Of a DNA stretch of 64,000 bases, positions 1 through 11,247 are shown piece after piece. Position numbers and translations under genes: made by a program. The notes beneath the pieces are model-generated. The model did not search any database. It saw nothing but the letters and a program-made list of their open reading frames with translations, and was not told where the DNA came from. Source of the stretch: Carcharhinus amblyrhynchos. Taxonomy: Eukaryota. Within the stretch, counting starts at the first letter, position 1. Each line of letters begins with the position of its first letter. The DNA lies in contig OZ336879.1 of assembly GCA_965287045.1 (NCBI GenBank), positions 35,774,001 to 35,838,000 of the forward strand. The letters are read 5' to 3'.

Positions 1-212
1 TCGATTACTGGCTTGGATCATTGTCTGTGTGGAGTTTGTACATTCTCCCTGTGCTCTGTTTTCCTCCCACATTCGGAAAATCATACTGGTTACGTGCATT
101 GACCCGAACAGGCACTGGAGTGTGGCAACTAGGGGAATTTCACAGTAACTTCATTGCAGTATTAATGTAAGCATTGCTTGTGACTAATAAATAAACTTTA
201 CTTTTACTTTAC
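1..212 (+). mobile_element. V-domain tRNA-derived SINE, variant with TAATAAATAAA(CTTTA)n tail (5' end cut by window edge)
   Basis: B-box remnant TCGATT, V core TGTGTGGAGTTTG..ATTCTCCC..TTTCCTCCCACA; the tail matches the copy at 7536-7720. Confidence 0.8.
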
Positions 213-339
213 TTTTTTTCTGTGGCTCCCTGGCTGCGGAGAAACCCAGCAGTTGCAGTGAAGCATCTTGCTCACAGATTCTAGCTGGCTTTGTCAATCC
301 AGAAGTGAATGACTGAGAAGAGCATCAGTGACCAGCATG

Positions 340-742
340 ACTCAGCTATTAAACCGAAGTGTCCTTCAGAGAAAATACAGTCAACTGATTGGAAACCACC
401 TCCAACCAACTCACAGACATATTCCTACATGCTCAATTTGTCAAGACCGTGGTCACCTTTTAACCTAGCCAGGATAAGTTTTAATTTAAAACGTGATGGC
501 GGTCTGGCCGAGTGACCAGCATGAAATTACATCAGCTATGTAAAATCCCAGTGAATTGCCTTTTTAATTTCTCTAATTGCCCCTTTAATTGTCAGTGGGC
601 ATGCTACCAACGTTCGTGTGTGCCCATTGACTGTAATATCACATAACGGTGCAGTGATGTTGGGACAATATCCTCTCAAATGATTTTGCGTGAGATTCTG
701 GATCTCCACACACTGGTTTCAACGCCATAAAGTTCAGGCCCA
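340..742. mobile_element. Decayed non-autonomous DNA transposon (Harbinger-type MITE-like)
   Basis: Ends in AAAGTTCAGGCCC, resembling the terminus of other MITE-like copies (33880, 39118). Internal boundaries unclear. Confidence 0.4.
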
Positions 743-944
743 TTTTAAAACCTGGATTCTGCAGCATGGAATCCCAGTGTGTTGAATTTGCTGATGCTGT
801 GACATATTTTGCAAGCTGTGTGATGGTGATCTGGGACATGACCAAATGGTCAATTTTGGAGAATCTCCATCCCCTATGAACATTCTGCTTTCCTAATTAG
901 TGTCATTCATAATTTTACATACACTGCCTCTGTAATAAAAAATG

Positions 945-1135
945 AAGTTGAGTTCATTTGCCATCTCTCACAACCTCAGGCTGTCTCATCAGTCAATTAA
1001 GTACATTTAAAGTCTAGTACCCTTTGTTAATAAGGGCAACATTACCATTAATTTACACATAGCAAAGTTCCACAAACAAAGCCAAGATAGACTAGAAAAT
1101 CAGTTTTAGTGCTACTGATTAAATATTATATGCGG
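945..1135 (-). mobile_element. Deu-domain SINE (SacSINE1-like) 3' part
   Basis: CACAACCTCAGG...AAGTAC...CACATAGCAAAGTTCCACAAACA aligns to copies at 2628, 24885 and 42635. Confidence 0.55.
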
Positions 1136-1844
1136 TAGTCTTGCATTACCCGAAAAAAAACAATTGGGACCTCTGTTTAACTTCCCATCTAATAGCCATT
1201 ACCTCTGACAGTCTCCGGAGGAAGAGCCCTGACAAAGCCAGAGAGGATACTGTTCATTTCTTGAGAAATGTTGTTTTTATTGTGATCCACAAGATCCCTG
1301 AAATTTACTGTCCGAGGTTAATCAATTAAAATCACTACATGTGATTAGAATTCTTTATTTCCTACTGCACCCACTGCATTATTGTGCTCAGAAGTTGTTT
1401 TTCATACTGTGAGCTTTCATTATAGCCACAATTCACTTGTGAGGGATTTTGTCGGCCTCTTTTTAAAGTTAAAGTTCAAAATAGCTTCAATACTCAACTC
1501 TGTTCTCCAAGGGTTCCAATATTTTGTTAAACATTACCTGTTCTTCATGAAAACATTAGTTCTGATTTATTGCCTTAACCCATTAGATGCTCTTCAATTC
1601 CTATCTACAGAATAAAGTTGTGTTTTCCGACTGTAAATGTCAAGCAAATAGGCCAGTATCTCCCAGAAGCAACATTTTGACCTTTTTAAAATACTTTTAT
1701 TGCATTTAATGTTTTGTAATCATCCAGTGCCATCTCCCATCCAATATCATCTAGCCTCATTTATTTTATTACTCCTGCTGCTTTTTTTTATACTCAGCCA
1801 TATACAAATCTGGTTCTAATTATATTGTGGCCTGAGTCTGTATG

Positions 1845-2165
1845 AAGGGAATGCAGTGGGTATCGTAATATATGAATTTCAGAGGGCATTTGATAAGGCG
1901 CCACATAAGAAATTTGTTTTGGAGATTGAACCAGATGTTACTCAAGGAAATTTCATCACATTGATAGCCGGAAGGCAGAGCTACGGAAAAGATAGAATGT
2001 GACTAATGCATATGTTTTTGGGTATGGGGAGTGTTTGTAATGCTAAGCCACAGAGCTCTGTGCTGGGCCCTCTCTTCTGTTTTTACTTTATATAAATGAT
2101 TTGGGCATTGGCACAAGAGGAGGGGGTATCAAAATTTGTCGATGATACCAAATTCATCAAATTAG
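1845..2165 (+). mobile_element. CR1 LINE reverse transcriptase fragment
   Basis: Decayed GNAV..YEFQRAFDKAPHKK, PQSSVLGPL and YINDL..SKFVDDTK motifs. Confidence 0.8.
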
Positions 2166-2379
2166 CCTGAGGGGATGGAATTGCTCCAAAATGGATTTCC
2201 AGATCTCACATCCCAGGTCATCATCAGCCAGATGACCAGTAGTCATTCATATTGAGTTCAGTCACTCGCAGTAAAAACATTGTAATGACTTCTGAATAAT
2301 TCCATCCTTGCATTTCTTCCTCCTTCAGACACCATGTCCCAAGAGACATTGGTGACAAAGGGCCTCTAATAAATTGGTC

Positions 2380-2597
2380 CATGATTAAGTTTGTCAAAGT
2401 AATGCAGTCATTTGCCATTGCCTTCTGCAGTGTGGCTAATCAGGAGACTCTTACTATCTGCCATCAGAAGAATTTACGGGCTGAGAGTCAAGCCTTTTAA
2501 ACACATTATAAATGCACCTATCATGGCCATCAAGTCATGAAGTGACATTTGAATGTAGAGCTTCCAGTCCAGAGGTAGTGATGTGGCACAAGACTCC
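2380..2597 (-). mobile_element. Old tRNA-headed SINE with an RTE-like GAAGGCAATGGCAAA segment
   Basis: Shares TTTGCCATTGCCTTCTGC and GCCATCAA..AAGTGA..TTGAA with 12610-12870. Confidence 0.4.
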
Positions 2598-2627
2598 CTT
2601 ATCATTGCATCACTGCCAATTAAAGAA

Positions 2628-2817
2628 GTAAAGAACTTGCATCGATATTGCATGTTTCATGACTTCCACGCGTGTCAAAGCACCTCAGAGCCAACAATGT
2701 GTTTTTGAGGCACAGTCACTGTTGTAATGTGGGAAACATGATAGCCAATTGGCACACAATAAGGTGTGAAAACAACATTGTGACAATGACCAGATAATCG
2801 ATGATATTGATTGAGGT
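2628..2817 (-). mobile_element. Deu-domain SINE 3' part
   Basis: AAGAACTTGCAT...AGTCACTGTTGTAATGTGGGAAAC..GCCAATT..GACCAGATAATC. Confidence 0.7.
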
Positions 2818-2849
2818 ATCACATCATTTTTCACATTCCGTTGGGCTTC

Positions 2850-3092
2850 AAGAGATGTTAAATGCAGGCCTGACTTCCCTCCCAGTTGGGCATAAATGAT
2901 CCCGCGAAGCTATTCTGAAGAAGAGAATGCGAGTTATTCTGGTGTCCTGCCAACATTCATCCCTCAATCGACAATGAAAAAGCAGGTTATTTGGTTGCTA
3001 TCAGATTGCTGTTTGTTGGAGCTTGATGTGTTGCCAGTTGGCTGCCATTTTTACATTACAACAGCGACAACACTTCAAAATCACTTAATTAG
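2850..3092 (+). mobile_element. Deu-domain SINE
   Basis: GAAGAAGAG..GGTGTCCTGCCAACATTCATCCCTCAA..TTGCTGTTTG..ACATTACAACAGCGAC..CTTCAAAA. Confidence 0.7.
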
Positions 3093-3479
3093 CAAGTTTT
3101 CTTTTTTCTAACATCTCACCTGAAAAATTGTACTCCCAAAAATGAAAGATCCTGTGGTACCACACTCTCATTCCAAGTCTCAAGTCTCTGGGGTGAGAAT
3201 CAAATTAACAACCTTCCAGAATGGGTCATGCGGGCTGGTATAAAATTAGGACAGACTTGTTTCTTTTTGTTCATTCTGCTGCTAATTTAATGTTTGGGTT
3301 TCAGATTGCCAACAGACAGTGTTGGGTAAATATTCAAATGTCAGGGTTCTTTGGCATGATTTTGATGACAAGTCTCACAACTCTCACCATATGCTGAACT
3401 TGCAAAACAGAACTGTCCACTGGTGGATCCCAGGCAACAAGAGGCCCAGCTAAGCAAGTGTTTTAAGAAAAATATAAAA

Positions 3480-3800
3480 GTTTCTGTGATGTAGATGACC
3501 ATATGTGCAGGAAGTATATCTTCAGAAACTTGAGCTCTTGAAAGTTGGAATCTCTGTGATGCGTCACCCTCACAGGTGCCCGCTAGAGTCAATGGCAAAA
3601 AAGTTGTAGAGGATGGTCATACTTACAGCCACCAGGGTGTCATCCTCACAGTGCCAGGTGATTGACAACCTGGCACAGGTACCACACCTTCTCCATTTGC
3701 AGACGTAGTCTACTGAGGCACATGTAGTCCAACAGCTCCTCAAAAGACCAGTACCTTTTGTAGACCCAAGGTCTATAGTATCACTCTCTTTTGCCCCCTT
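3480..3800 (-). pseudogene. Decayed PIF/Harbinger (HARBI1-like) transposase N-terminal region
   Basis: Across frameshifts the minus strand reads SFEELLDYMCLSRLRLQMEKVWYLCQVV / TLVAVSMTILYNFFAIDS / DASQ..QVSEDILP..YI, resembling Harbinger CLRRLRL..V..LC / LPVAVKVTAALNFFASGS / GISQS..QVTDAL..YI. Confidence 0.6.
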
Positions 3801-4527
3801 GTCAGCCTGATGGGCAGCCAGCAACTGAGCCTCTGCAGCAACCACCTGATCTTCTGGGTCCACTTCCTGTGGTGTAGAGTCATGTCTGGGCTGGCCCTGG
3901 TGCTCTCGCAATCTCCTGCTTGCCTTGGCACCAATGATCAGAACCATCGCTATTTGGCATGGCTCCTATCCAAAATCCATCCTCAATCTGTAACGTCCAT
4001 GGGAACGAGAGAGAGAGAGAAGTAGCAATGTTATCCATCTTTTCACTCCACCATCCTCCTTCATCCATATGTGGTGCAGTGGCAGAACGGGAGCATTCAT
4101 TCGCTCATGATTGCTGTTTCAAAATGGCCTCTGTATTTCTTACACATTATCTACATGTTAGTAGTAAACTTGCAGTACTAACAACTACAGCTGCTTTATG
4201 TGAAGCACCCATAACGAACAGCTAAAAGTATTTAAATCTCACAGCTTAAAAATGTAACAACCTTCAAGAGATTTGTTGTCCTGACGTAATACTTGCTCAT
4301 TTCTTTCTGTTCCCAGTGATCAGTACATTGAGTTTGAAACAATCTTTCCCATTTGAGAGAAGGTTAATTTAACAGTTTCATTAAACTGCTGCGATGTGCA
4401 CAATTCAAAGTAAACATCTTTAAAGGTCATCGCTGATCAAATTGCTCTCCTAATATTTAATAGATGAGTAACCAGGTGCGGTATTTGTAATGTCATCTCA
4501 CCCTTAAAAGTCTGAGCTATCTGCTTT

Positions 4528-4692
4528 GAGTTGATCTTTGTCTACGCCCTAGCTATATCTGTAACATTACATTCTGCACTTTCTCCTTTCCTTCCCTATG
4601 AACGGAATGTTTTGTCTGTTTAGCGCGCAAGAGACAATACTTTTCACTGTATACTAATTTATGTGACAATAATAAATAAAATCAAATCAAAT
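4528..4692 (+). mobile_element. Rex1/Babar-type LINE 3' tail
   Basis: GTTGATCTTTGTCTAC..CCCTAGCTAT..CAATACTTTTCACTGTA..TGTGACAATAATAAAT(CAAAT)n, the same tail as the 55274 and 61604 copies. Confidence 0.8.
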
Positions 4693-4842
4693 TTACTGCC
4701 ACATGTTTTACTTGAAAGTAGATTTCAGGGATTCTATTAATTTAATAGAAAGAAAAAGATAAGAACTCACACTTACAAAGCACCTTTCGCGATCTCAGGA
4801 CATCTTGCAGCACTTTATAACACACAAAGAACTTTGAAATGT

Positions 4843-5235
4843 AGGGCTGGAGGGGAGGGTAGTGGGGGTCAGAAAATTTTTCTGGCTCAGTGTGCCTGCC
4901 TCAGGAAAATATGTCTTAAAAGGCATCATTTTCTTTATGGAGGAGCGCTTGTGAGTGGGAGTCAGGCCTTCAATTCACGGAAACAGTTCAGCAAAGTGGC
5001 TGCTGAGTGTCAAAGCAGCCTGTTTAAAACGTCCGCTTCAGTTCTCTAGGACTTCATCTCAGTTTATTTTTTTAATATTAAGCCCTCTAGCCCTCTCCAC
5101 TCATATCCTCTTACCACCTCACTCATTCCCCATGCACCATCCATGAAAACTTGCATTAACTTATGCTCCCTACCCACCCCGAATGGTCTCTCATACCTCC
5201 ACGCTAATTCATAGCACTTCCATGCCCATCCACGC
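4843..5235. mobile_element. Decayed MITE-like DNA element with C/A-rich internal region
   Basis: Starts GGGCTGGA; resembles the reverse complement of 33596-33890. Confidence 0.4.
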
Positions 5236-5239
5236 AGTA

Positions 5240-5445
5240 TATAAGAACATAAGAACATAAGAAATAGGAGCAGGAGTAGGCCATCTAGCCCTTCGAGCCT
5301 GCCCCGCCATTCAATAAGATCATGGCTGATCTGTCATGGCTCAGTTCCACATTCCCGCCCTCTCCCCATAACCCTTAATCCCCTCGCTTATCAAAAACCC
5401 ATCAACCCGCATCTTAAAAATATTTAGCGAGGCAGCTTCCACCAC
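5240..5445 (-). mobile_element. CR1 LINE 3' end with (TTCTTATG)n tail
   Basis: (AAGAACAT)n AAGAAATAGGAGCAGGAGTAGGCCAT..GCCCTTCGAGCCTG..ATTCAATAAGATCATGGCTGATCT; close reverse complement of 39590-39785. Confidence 0.88.
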
Positions 5446-6174
5446 ACAAATAAACCCCATAGTAACAATGGCATTTGTAGAAAGACTTAAATAACACAAC
5501 CATTAAGAACTTCCTTTAAATAACTGCTGTTATTACAACCCTATTAAAGTGTCAAACAAACAGGCATTTAAAATATCAACAGCAGAAAGTATAGACATTT
5601 GACATCTCTTTATCTTGTGTAAATAAACATTGAGTCATTGACAAAATAGATCTGAAGCGGCGTAAATAAAATTATTTTGTTGACATGTATATTTAAAATG
5701 TGCCTTATTAACTTTATAATAGACAAATGCAGTGAGAACTCCTTCCAGGCATGATGGGAAATTTAGCCAATACTATAAGCATGATGGGATTCTTGCCAAG
5801 ACGAGTTAAAGAACTGGTTACCCAGCAGTTATAACAATAACAGCTTTCACAAATATTCATTGCTGAACAGGACAAGAAGGAGATAAGGGGAAACTGAAGG
5901 CCTTACCCAAGGCTAAAGGGTGAGATAATGGGAACACCTACTGATAGAAAAGTAGGATTAGTTAAGAAATTAATGAAAAATATCATAATGAAGACAAGAA
6001 CTATAAATATGTGCTGCAAACCCTGTATCAGTGGCAGAGGTACCATGATAGGTTATGGTTCTCTCTCCTGCATATGCTTGTAAAATAAAGCCCTTATTTA
6101 CTCAAAAGCTCACAGATTTGGAGTGATTGTTTTTACTACAACAGATTTAAGAAAAAAAGCTTCCAATCAAGCAA

Positions 6175-6510
6175 TGTTTTCTATTATGTGCAACTGTTTC
6201 AATAAACAAATGTAAGTCTGGGCTCTTCATCTCTACCACCTAAAAGGACAAGGGGAGTGTGGACATATGGGAATACAATTACCTGCAAATTTCCCTCAAA
6301 GCCTTTCACCATCCTGACTTGGAACTATATCACCAATGCTTCCCTGTGGCTGGGTCAAAAACATTGAATTTCCTTCCTAACAGCACTGTGGGTGTACCTA
6401 TACCAGACGCACTGCAGCAGTTCAAGAAGGCTTCTCAGCCCCACCTTCTTAAGTGCAGTCAGAGAAGGGCGACAAATTTTGGCCTAACCAGCAGTACTTA
6501 CAGCCTTCCA
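6175..6510 (+). mobile_element. CR1/L2-clade LINE 3' fragment
   Basis: CATCCTGACTTGGAACTATATC..GCTGGGTCAAAA..CCTTCCTAACAGCACTGTGGGTGTACCTA..CAGTTCAAGAAGGC; reads TLNFLPNSTVGVP..LQQFKK. Confidence 0.7.
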
Positions 6511-7194
6511 GTAATTTTTAAAACCTATCACAATTTTGAAATTGTGTATACACCAGGTCCCAATCTATGAGCATTTGAAAATCTGGCCCAGGTATTTGGA
6601 CCAAGAATTGAATCTGGGATCATCTTGGTATGTGTAGCTCAGAACAAATCCTTCAATATTGCCACCACTGTTATTGGGGATACCAATCATTCTCTGTCAC
6701 TGTTCAGTTTTTAGCATGGTACTGCAGATGAGATATCCTCTATAAAGACACTCAATGAATAAATTTGGACCCACTATTCACCTAGAAAAGAACTGCCAAA
6801 AGTCCTAATTTAGAGTGCAAATTTTTTACACTTGTAAAACATTAGAATCAAGCCTATTTTCATATAGGTTCAGACATGTAAAGGAACTACCTAAAACAAG
6901 CATATAGGCCCATTGAATAAGCAATAATGGCCCAATACCTAGCTTAAGAGTGCAAATGAGAAATTAGGTTGTTCTGAATGCAGCAAGCTTCTATAAATGA
7001 TCACCTGGTCTACATGCATCATAGCTATTAATCCTTGAAGAGATCATTGAAGGCTGCCACCTAAAGTTACATTTTTGTTTGAAGTTTCTTACTTTAATAT
7101 TGACAGTTCCCTCTTCAAATTGCAGGCCAATATTTAACGACCCTCTTTGGCCAGGTTCTGTCTCTGAGGTCATGACTACTGCCCACAGTTTAAT

Positions 7195-7512
7195 GGTAGG
7201 ATGAATCTGTTTCCATTGGTGAAAGGATCACAAACCACAGGGCGCAGATTTAAGGTAATTGTCTAAAGAAACAAGGCTATCATGGGGAAAACCTTCTTTG
7301 TGCAGCGAATGGTTGGGATCTGGAATGCACTACCTGTGAGTGTGGTAGAGGAAGAGTCTATTGAGGCTTTCAAAAAGGAACTGGATCATTATTTGAAAAG
7401 GAAAGATTTGCATAGTTTCAGGGAAAAGGCACCAGGCGAATTGTTCCTTCAAAAGACCAGCACTAAATGGGAGACCGAATGATCATTTTCTGTGCAGTAA
7501 TCATTCTATGAC
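7195..7512 (+). mobile_element. CR1 LINE 3' fragment
   Basis: Reads FFVQRMVGIWNALPVSVVEEESIEAFKKELDHYL (CR1 ORF2 C-terminus) followed by an ATTCTATG tail. Confidence 0.85.
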
Positions 7513-7535
7513 TTTATGTAAGTGGAACCCCAGGT

Positions 7536-7720
7536 CTCTCCCCGTGTCTGTGTGGGTTTCCTCCGGATGCTCCGGTTTCCTCCCACAGTCCAAAAGACGT
7601 GCTGGTTAGGTGTATTGACCAGAACAGGCACTGGAGTGTGGCGACTAGGGGAATTCCAAAGTAACTTCATTGTAGTGTTAATGTAAGCCTTACTTGTGGC
7701 TAATAAACAAACTTTAACTT
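7536..7720 (+). mobile_element. 5'-truncated V-SINE (CTTTA-tail variant) inserted into a CR1
   Basis: CTCCCCGTGTCTGTGTGGGTTTCCTCCGGATGCTCCGGTTTCCTCCCACAGTCC then the tail shared with 1-212. Confidence 0.8.
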
Positions 7721-9075
7721 TGCTCCTGCATCATTTTAAGAATTTTGTCCTTTATTTTATATTGCCTGACCATGTTCTTCCTAGTAAACTGCATCACCTC
7801 ACACTTTTCCACGTTGAACTTCATCTGCTACCTATCTGTTCTCTCCACCAACTTGTCTATGTCATTCTGAAGTTCTACCCTCTACTCTTTACAATTTACA
7901 ATGCTTTCAAATTTCATGTCAATTGCAAATTGTGAAGTTGTCCTCTGCACACCAAGATCTAGATATGTTAATATATATCAGAAAAAGCAAGGGTGCCAAC
8001 ACTGACTCCTAGGGAACTTTACTATAAATCTTCCTCCAACCCAAAAAATATCCATTGACCAATACTCTTGTGCATCCATGTTGCTACTGTTCCTTTTATA
8101 CCATGAGATATAACTTTGCGCTCAGGTCCATTCTATGGCACTGCATTGAGTGCTTTTGAAAGCCCATGTACACCACATCAACAATATTACCATCTTCGAC
8201 CCATTCTGGTACCTCTTCAAAAAACTCCAACAAGTTAGTTAAACGCCCCCTTTGGAAATCCATGCTGGCTTTTCCTAATCAGCCCACGTTTTTCCACATG
8301 GTTACTAATTCTATCCTGAATAATTGTTTCTAGAAGCTTGTCCACTGCTGAAGTTAAATTGACTGGTCAGCTTTTGCTTGGCTTATCCTTATAATCTATT
8401 TTGAACAAGGGTGCAATATCTGCAATTCTCTACTCTTCTGGCACCGCCCCTGAGTCTAAGGGAAATTGAAAGATTATGACCAATGTAATTTTCACTCTCA
8501 CTTTCTTCAATATTCTTGGATGCATTTCATCCAGTCTCAGTGCCTTGTCAACTTTCAGTACCAACAATCTGTCCAAAATATCCTCCTTATCAGTGTTAAA
8601 CCCTTCTAAGACAGAATTTCCTTCTCAGTTACCATGCCAAGGATGGCATTTAACTCCTTGGTGAAGGTTGATGCAAAATAATCATTTTATAAGTCAGCCC
8701 TTCTCTTTGCCTCCATGTGTAAATTCCCCGTTGAGTTCCTAATCAATCCTTTTACCACCCTTATGCTATTTGTATACCTATAGAAGACATATACATTACA
8801 TCTACTCTATAATGTTTATATCTTTCTGTAATTTCCTGTTGATTTCTTCCTCTATTACATCCTTCTCATTAGTTGGTGGGCTGTAGAATACATCTAATAA
8901 TGCAATAGTGCTCTTCTTGTTCCTTAGCTCCAGCCAAATTGACTTTGTTCTGGAACATCCTCTTTCTCTAGCGCTGCAATTCTCTCCTTAACCAATAGAG
9001 CTACTCCTCCTGCTTTTCTTCCTTTCCTATATTTTCTGAACACCTGATACCCAGGAATATTTAATACCCTTTCCT
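7721..9075 (-). mobile_element. CR1 LINE ORF2 fragment (RT region)
   Basis: Reverse-strand remnants of the RT region, including SQHGFPKG, GDVVYMGFQKHS, GSVLAPLLFLIYINI and a KFESIVN-like segment. Confidence 0.75.
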
Positions 9076-9099
9076 ATCCTCCTTTGAGCCAGTTCCTGA

Positions 9100-9425
9100 A
9101 ACAACTACTCTACTCAAAGTTTGTTCATGGAGGAAGACCCCCAGGACCATAGCGGAATGCTTCAGGGATTTCTTCAAAGCATCCCCGAAGAAATCAAACA
9201 TCCTTGCCAACTCCTCGGAGACCCTGGTTTTTGAATGACAACAAAAGAGAAGGTTTGTTCGGGAGGGCAACAAACACATTCAGACACTTTATTGGAAACA
9301 ATCCAAACAGCCCATCTACCCAACACTGCCTGTCCCACATGTGACAGAGTTTGCACGTCGCACATTGGACTTATCAGCCATCTCAGAAGCAAGTCATTCC
9401 CAACCATATTAGGGACTGCCTAATA
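9100..9425 (+). mobile_element. RTE-clade LINE 3' fragment
   Basis: GGR..FRDF.KAS.KKSNI..SETL and terminal zinc knuckle CPTCDRVCTSHIGLISHLR. Confidence 0.75.
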
Positions 9426-9434
9426 TGAAGACAT

Positions 9435-9680
9435 TGATACCGCTTTTGTCTCTGAGTAGAAGATTATTGGTTCAAATCCCATTCCAGACAAGTGAGCGCA
9501 AAACTCAATGGTAGTGGAGGTAGTTGAGATGAGTCTGCTCTCCCAAGTGGACACAAACAATCCCTTAGATCTTGAAGAAAAGTGAAAAGCATGCTTCTAG
9601 AAAATGCCCTGGCCAACATTTACCCCTCAGTGAACGTTGCAAAAAATCTGGTCATTCCCATATTATTGTTTGAGGGTGAT
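9435..9680 (+). mobile_element. Deu-domain SINE (tRNA head plus Deu core)
   Basis: TCTGAGTAGAAG..GGTTCAAATCCCATTCCAGA..GAAGAA..CCTGGCCAACATTTACCCCTCA..CTGGTCATT. Confidence 0.65.
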
Positions 9681-10704
9681 TTTTTTTTATACTTTGCATA
9701 CAGAGAGAGAAAAGAGTCCAAAGCACTAACTCTGACGTTTTAACATGGGATTCCTGGAGTGGTTCTTTTCTGGAGAGGCTGAGTGTCACTCCCTTTGCCA
9801 TGACAACACTCGAAGCAGCACAGAGCTATATTTATAACGAAACTGTTTTGGTGATGTCATTGCACTGTAAGTGCATCTTCAAATGCAAATGTAAAGTCTA
9901 ACTTTCAGTCCTTTCTTTTCCGCCTTCTTTTCTCAATGCCAATTTCACTGGAGTGCAGTTTCACAGTTACAGTCAGGCCCCCAACATCTTTGTAAATGAC
10001 AGGGTCAAATATTCTTATAAGCTTGCAGGGCAATAATGCTCTTTAAAATTGCGACAGCTTGTAATGAGGGTGATCTGATTAAATGTTAGAGAATGAAGAG
10101 GCATTTGCAAAAGCTGAAAAAAATAAAGCAGGATGTTCTTAGCCCACAGGAATCATCACTGATCCTGAATAAACACTTGAATGTGTTTTAATTACTCAAG
10201 ATGATAAATACATGATAGATTTATTTGTTAGTAAATAATAGCCTGATCTCTGAAGACTAGCAGTCAGCCTACATGTCTTCTTTTGCCCATTGATCTCTAG
10301 TTGCAAATGACATAATGAGTTAAAATACTTGCTGTTCCACCTTGCCTGCTCTCCTACATCCTGACATTCCCTCTGTTAATCTGACTCAACACTCAATGCA
10401 CTGTCGATATTAGGTGAGGAGCACAGTGTTCTGAATCACAAATTTGGCATAAATAGAGCAGTTGTGAGAATGACACTGCAAAATAATTCTGGAGATTTTC
10501 CTTTTAGATTGCTCTGACAGCTATTTAAAAACCAAGGAACCTTGCTTATGAAAAGTTGAAACAGGGAACATATAAATGTTTTCAGAATGCTTTGAAAAAT
10601 GTAAAGAGAATTTTGGGCAATGTTGTAGAATTATTCCAAGAATGATTCATTATTATATATCAGTTCCCTGAGAATTTTCCAGTCAGTACCTATGCAGATT
10701 AAAA

Positions 10705-10985
10705 AGAATCCAAGGTCTGTTCTCAGTTAACCAATTTCAGCACAGCATCACAAATGGGCCTCAGGATGCCTGGTTTAAGGAGGGCATAATCAGGCAGCAT
10801 TCCTGTTCCGGATAGTTTATCCAGTAAATCCTGCATGTTTTGGATCTTAGCGAGAATAATATCAGGCTTGACTGCAATGCCCTCCATGGCTGAAACGCCC
10901 TGAGAGTCTCAAAGTTCACACAACACATAGAGGTCGCTGAGGTAAGCGAGTGGAGGTAGCATGGTACGTGCCTGAGTCAGTGTCA
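10705..10985 (+). mobile_element. Old SINE-like element (family unassigned)
   Basis: GGGCCTCAG..GAGGG..AATCAG..TTCCTGTTCCGGAT..TATCCAGT..CAGGCTTGACTGCAATGCCCTCCA; related short pieces near 62630 and 62865. Confidence 0.4.
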
Positions 10986-11247
10986 CTCGGAGAAAAGTAG
11001 AAAGTCTTTCTTTAAGTAACGGCTAATTCAAGATTCACTTCAATCATGAGACCGCAAAACTCAAGTTTCAAAGCTACTGGTCAATCAGATTCAGGTGCTT
11101 TGCATTTGTAAGGTTAAGTAGTCCTCAATTTCACCGCCATATATGAAGGCCCTCCATACAGACGTGAATAAAGCTGGGGCATTTCAGTTTCTACTCTTCC
11201 ATTATAATAGTATCTACAGCTGACTCATTGTAAAGGTATTAAAAAGT

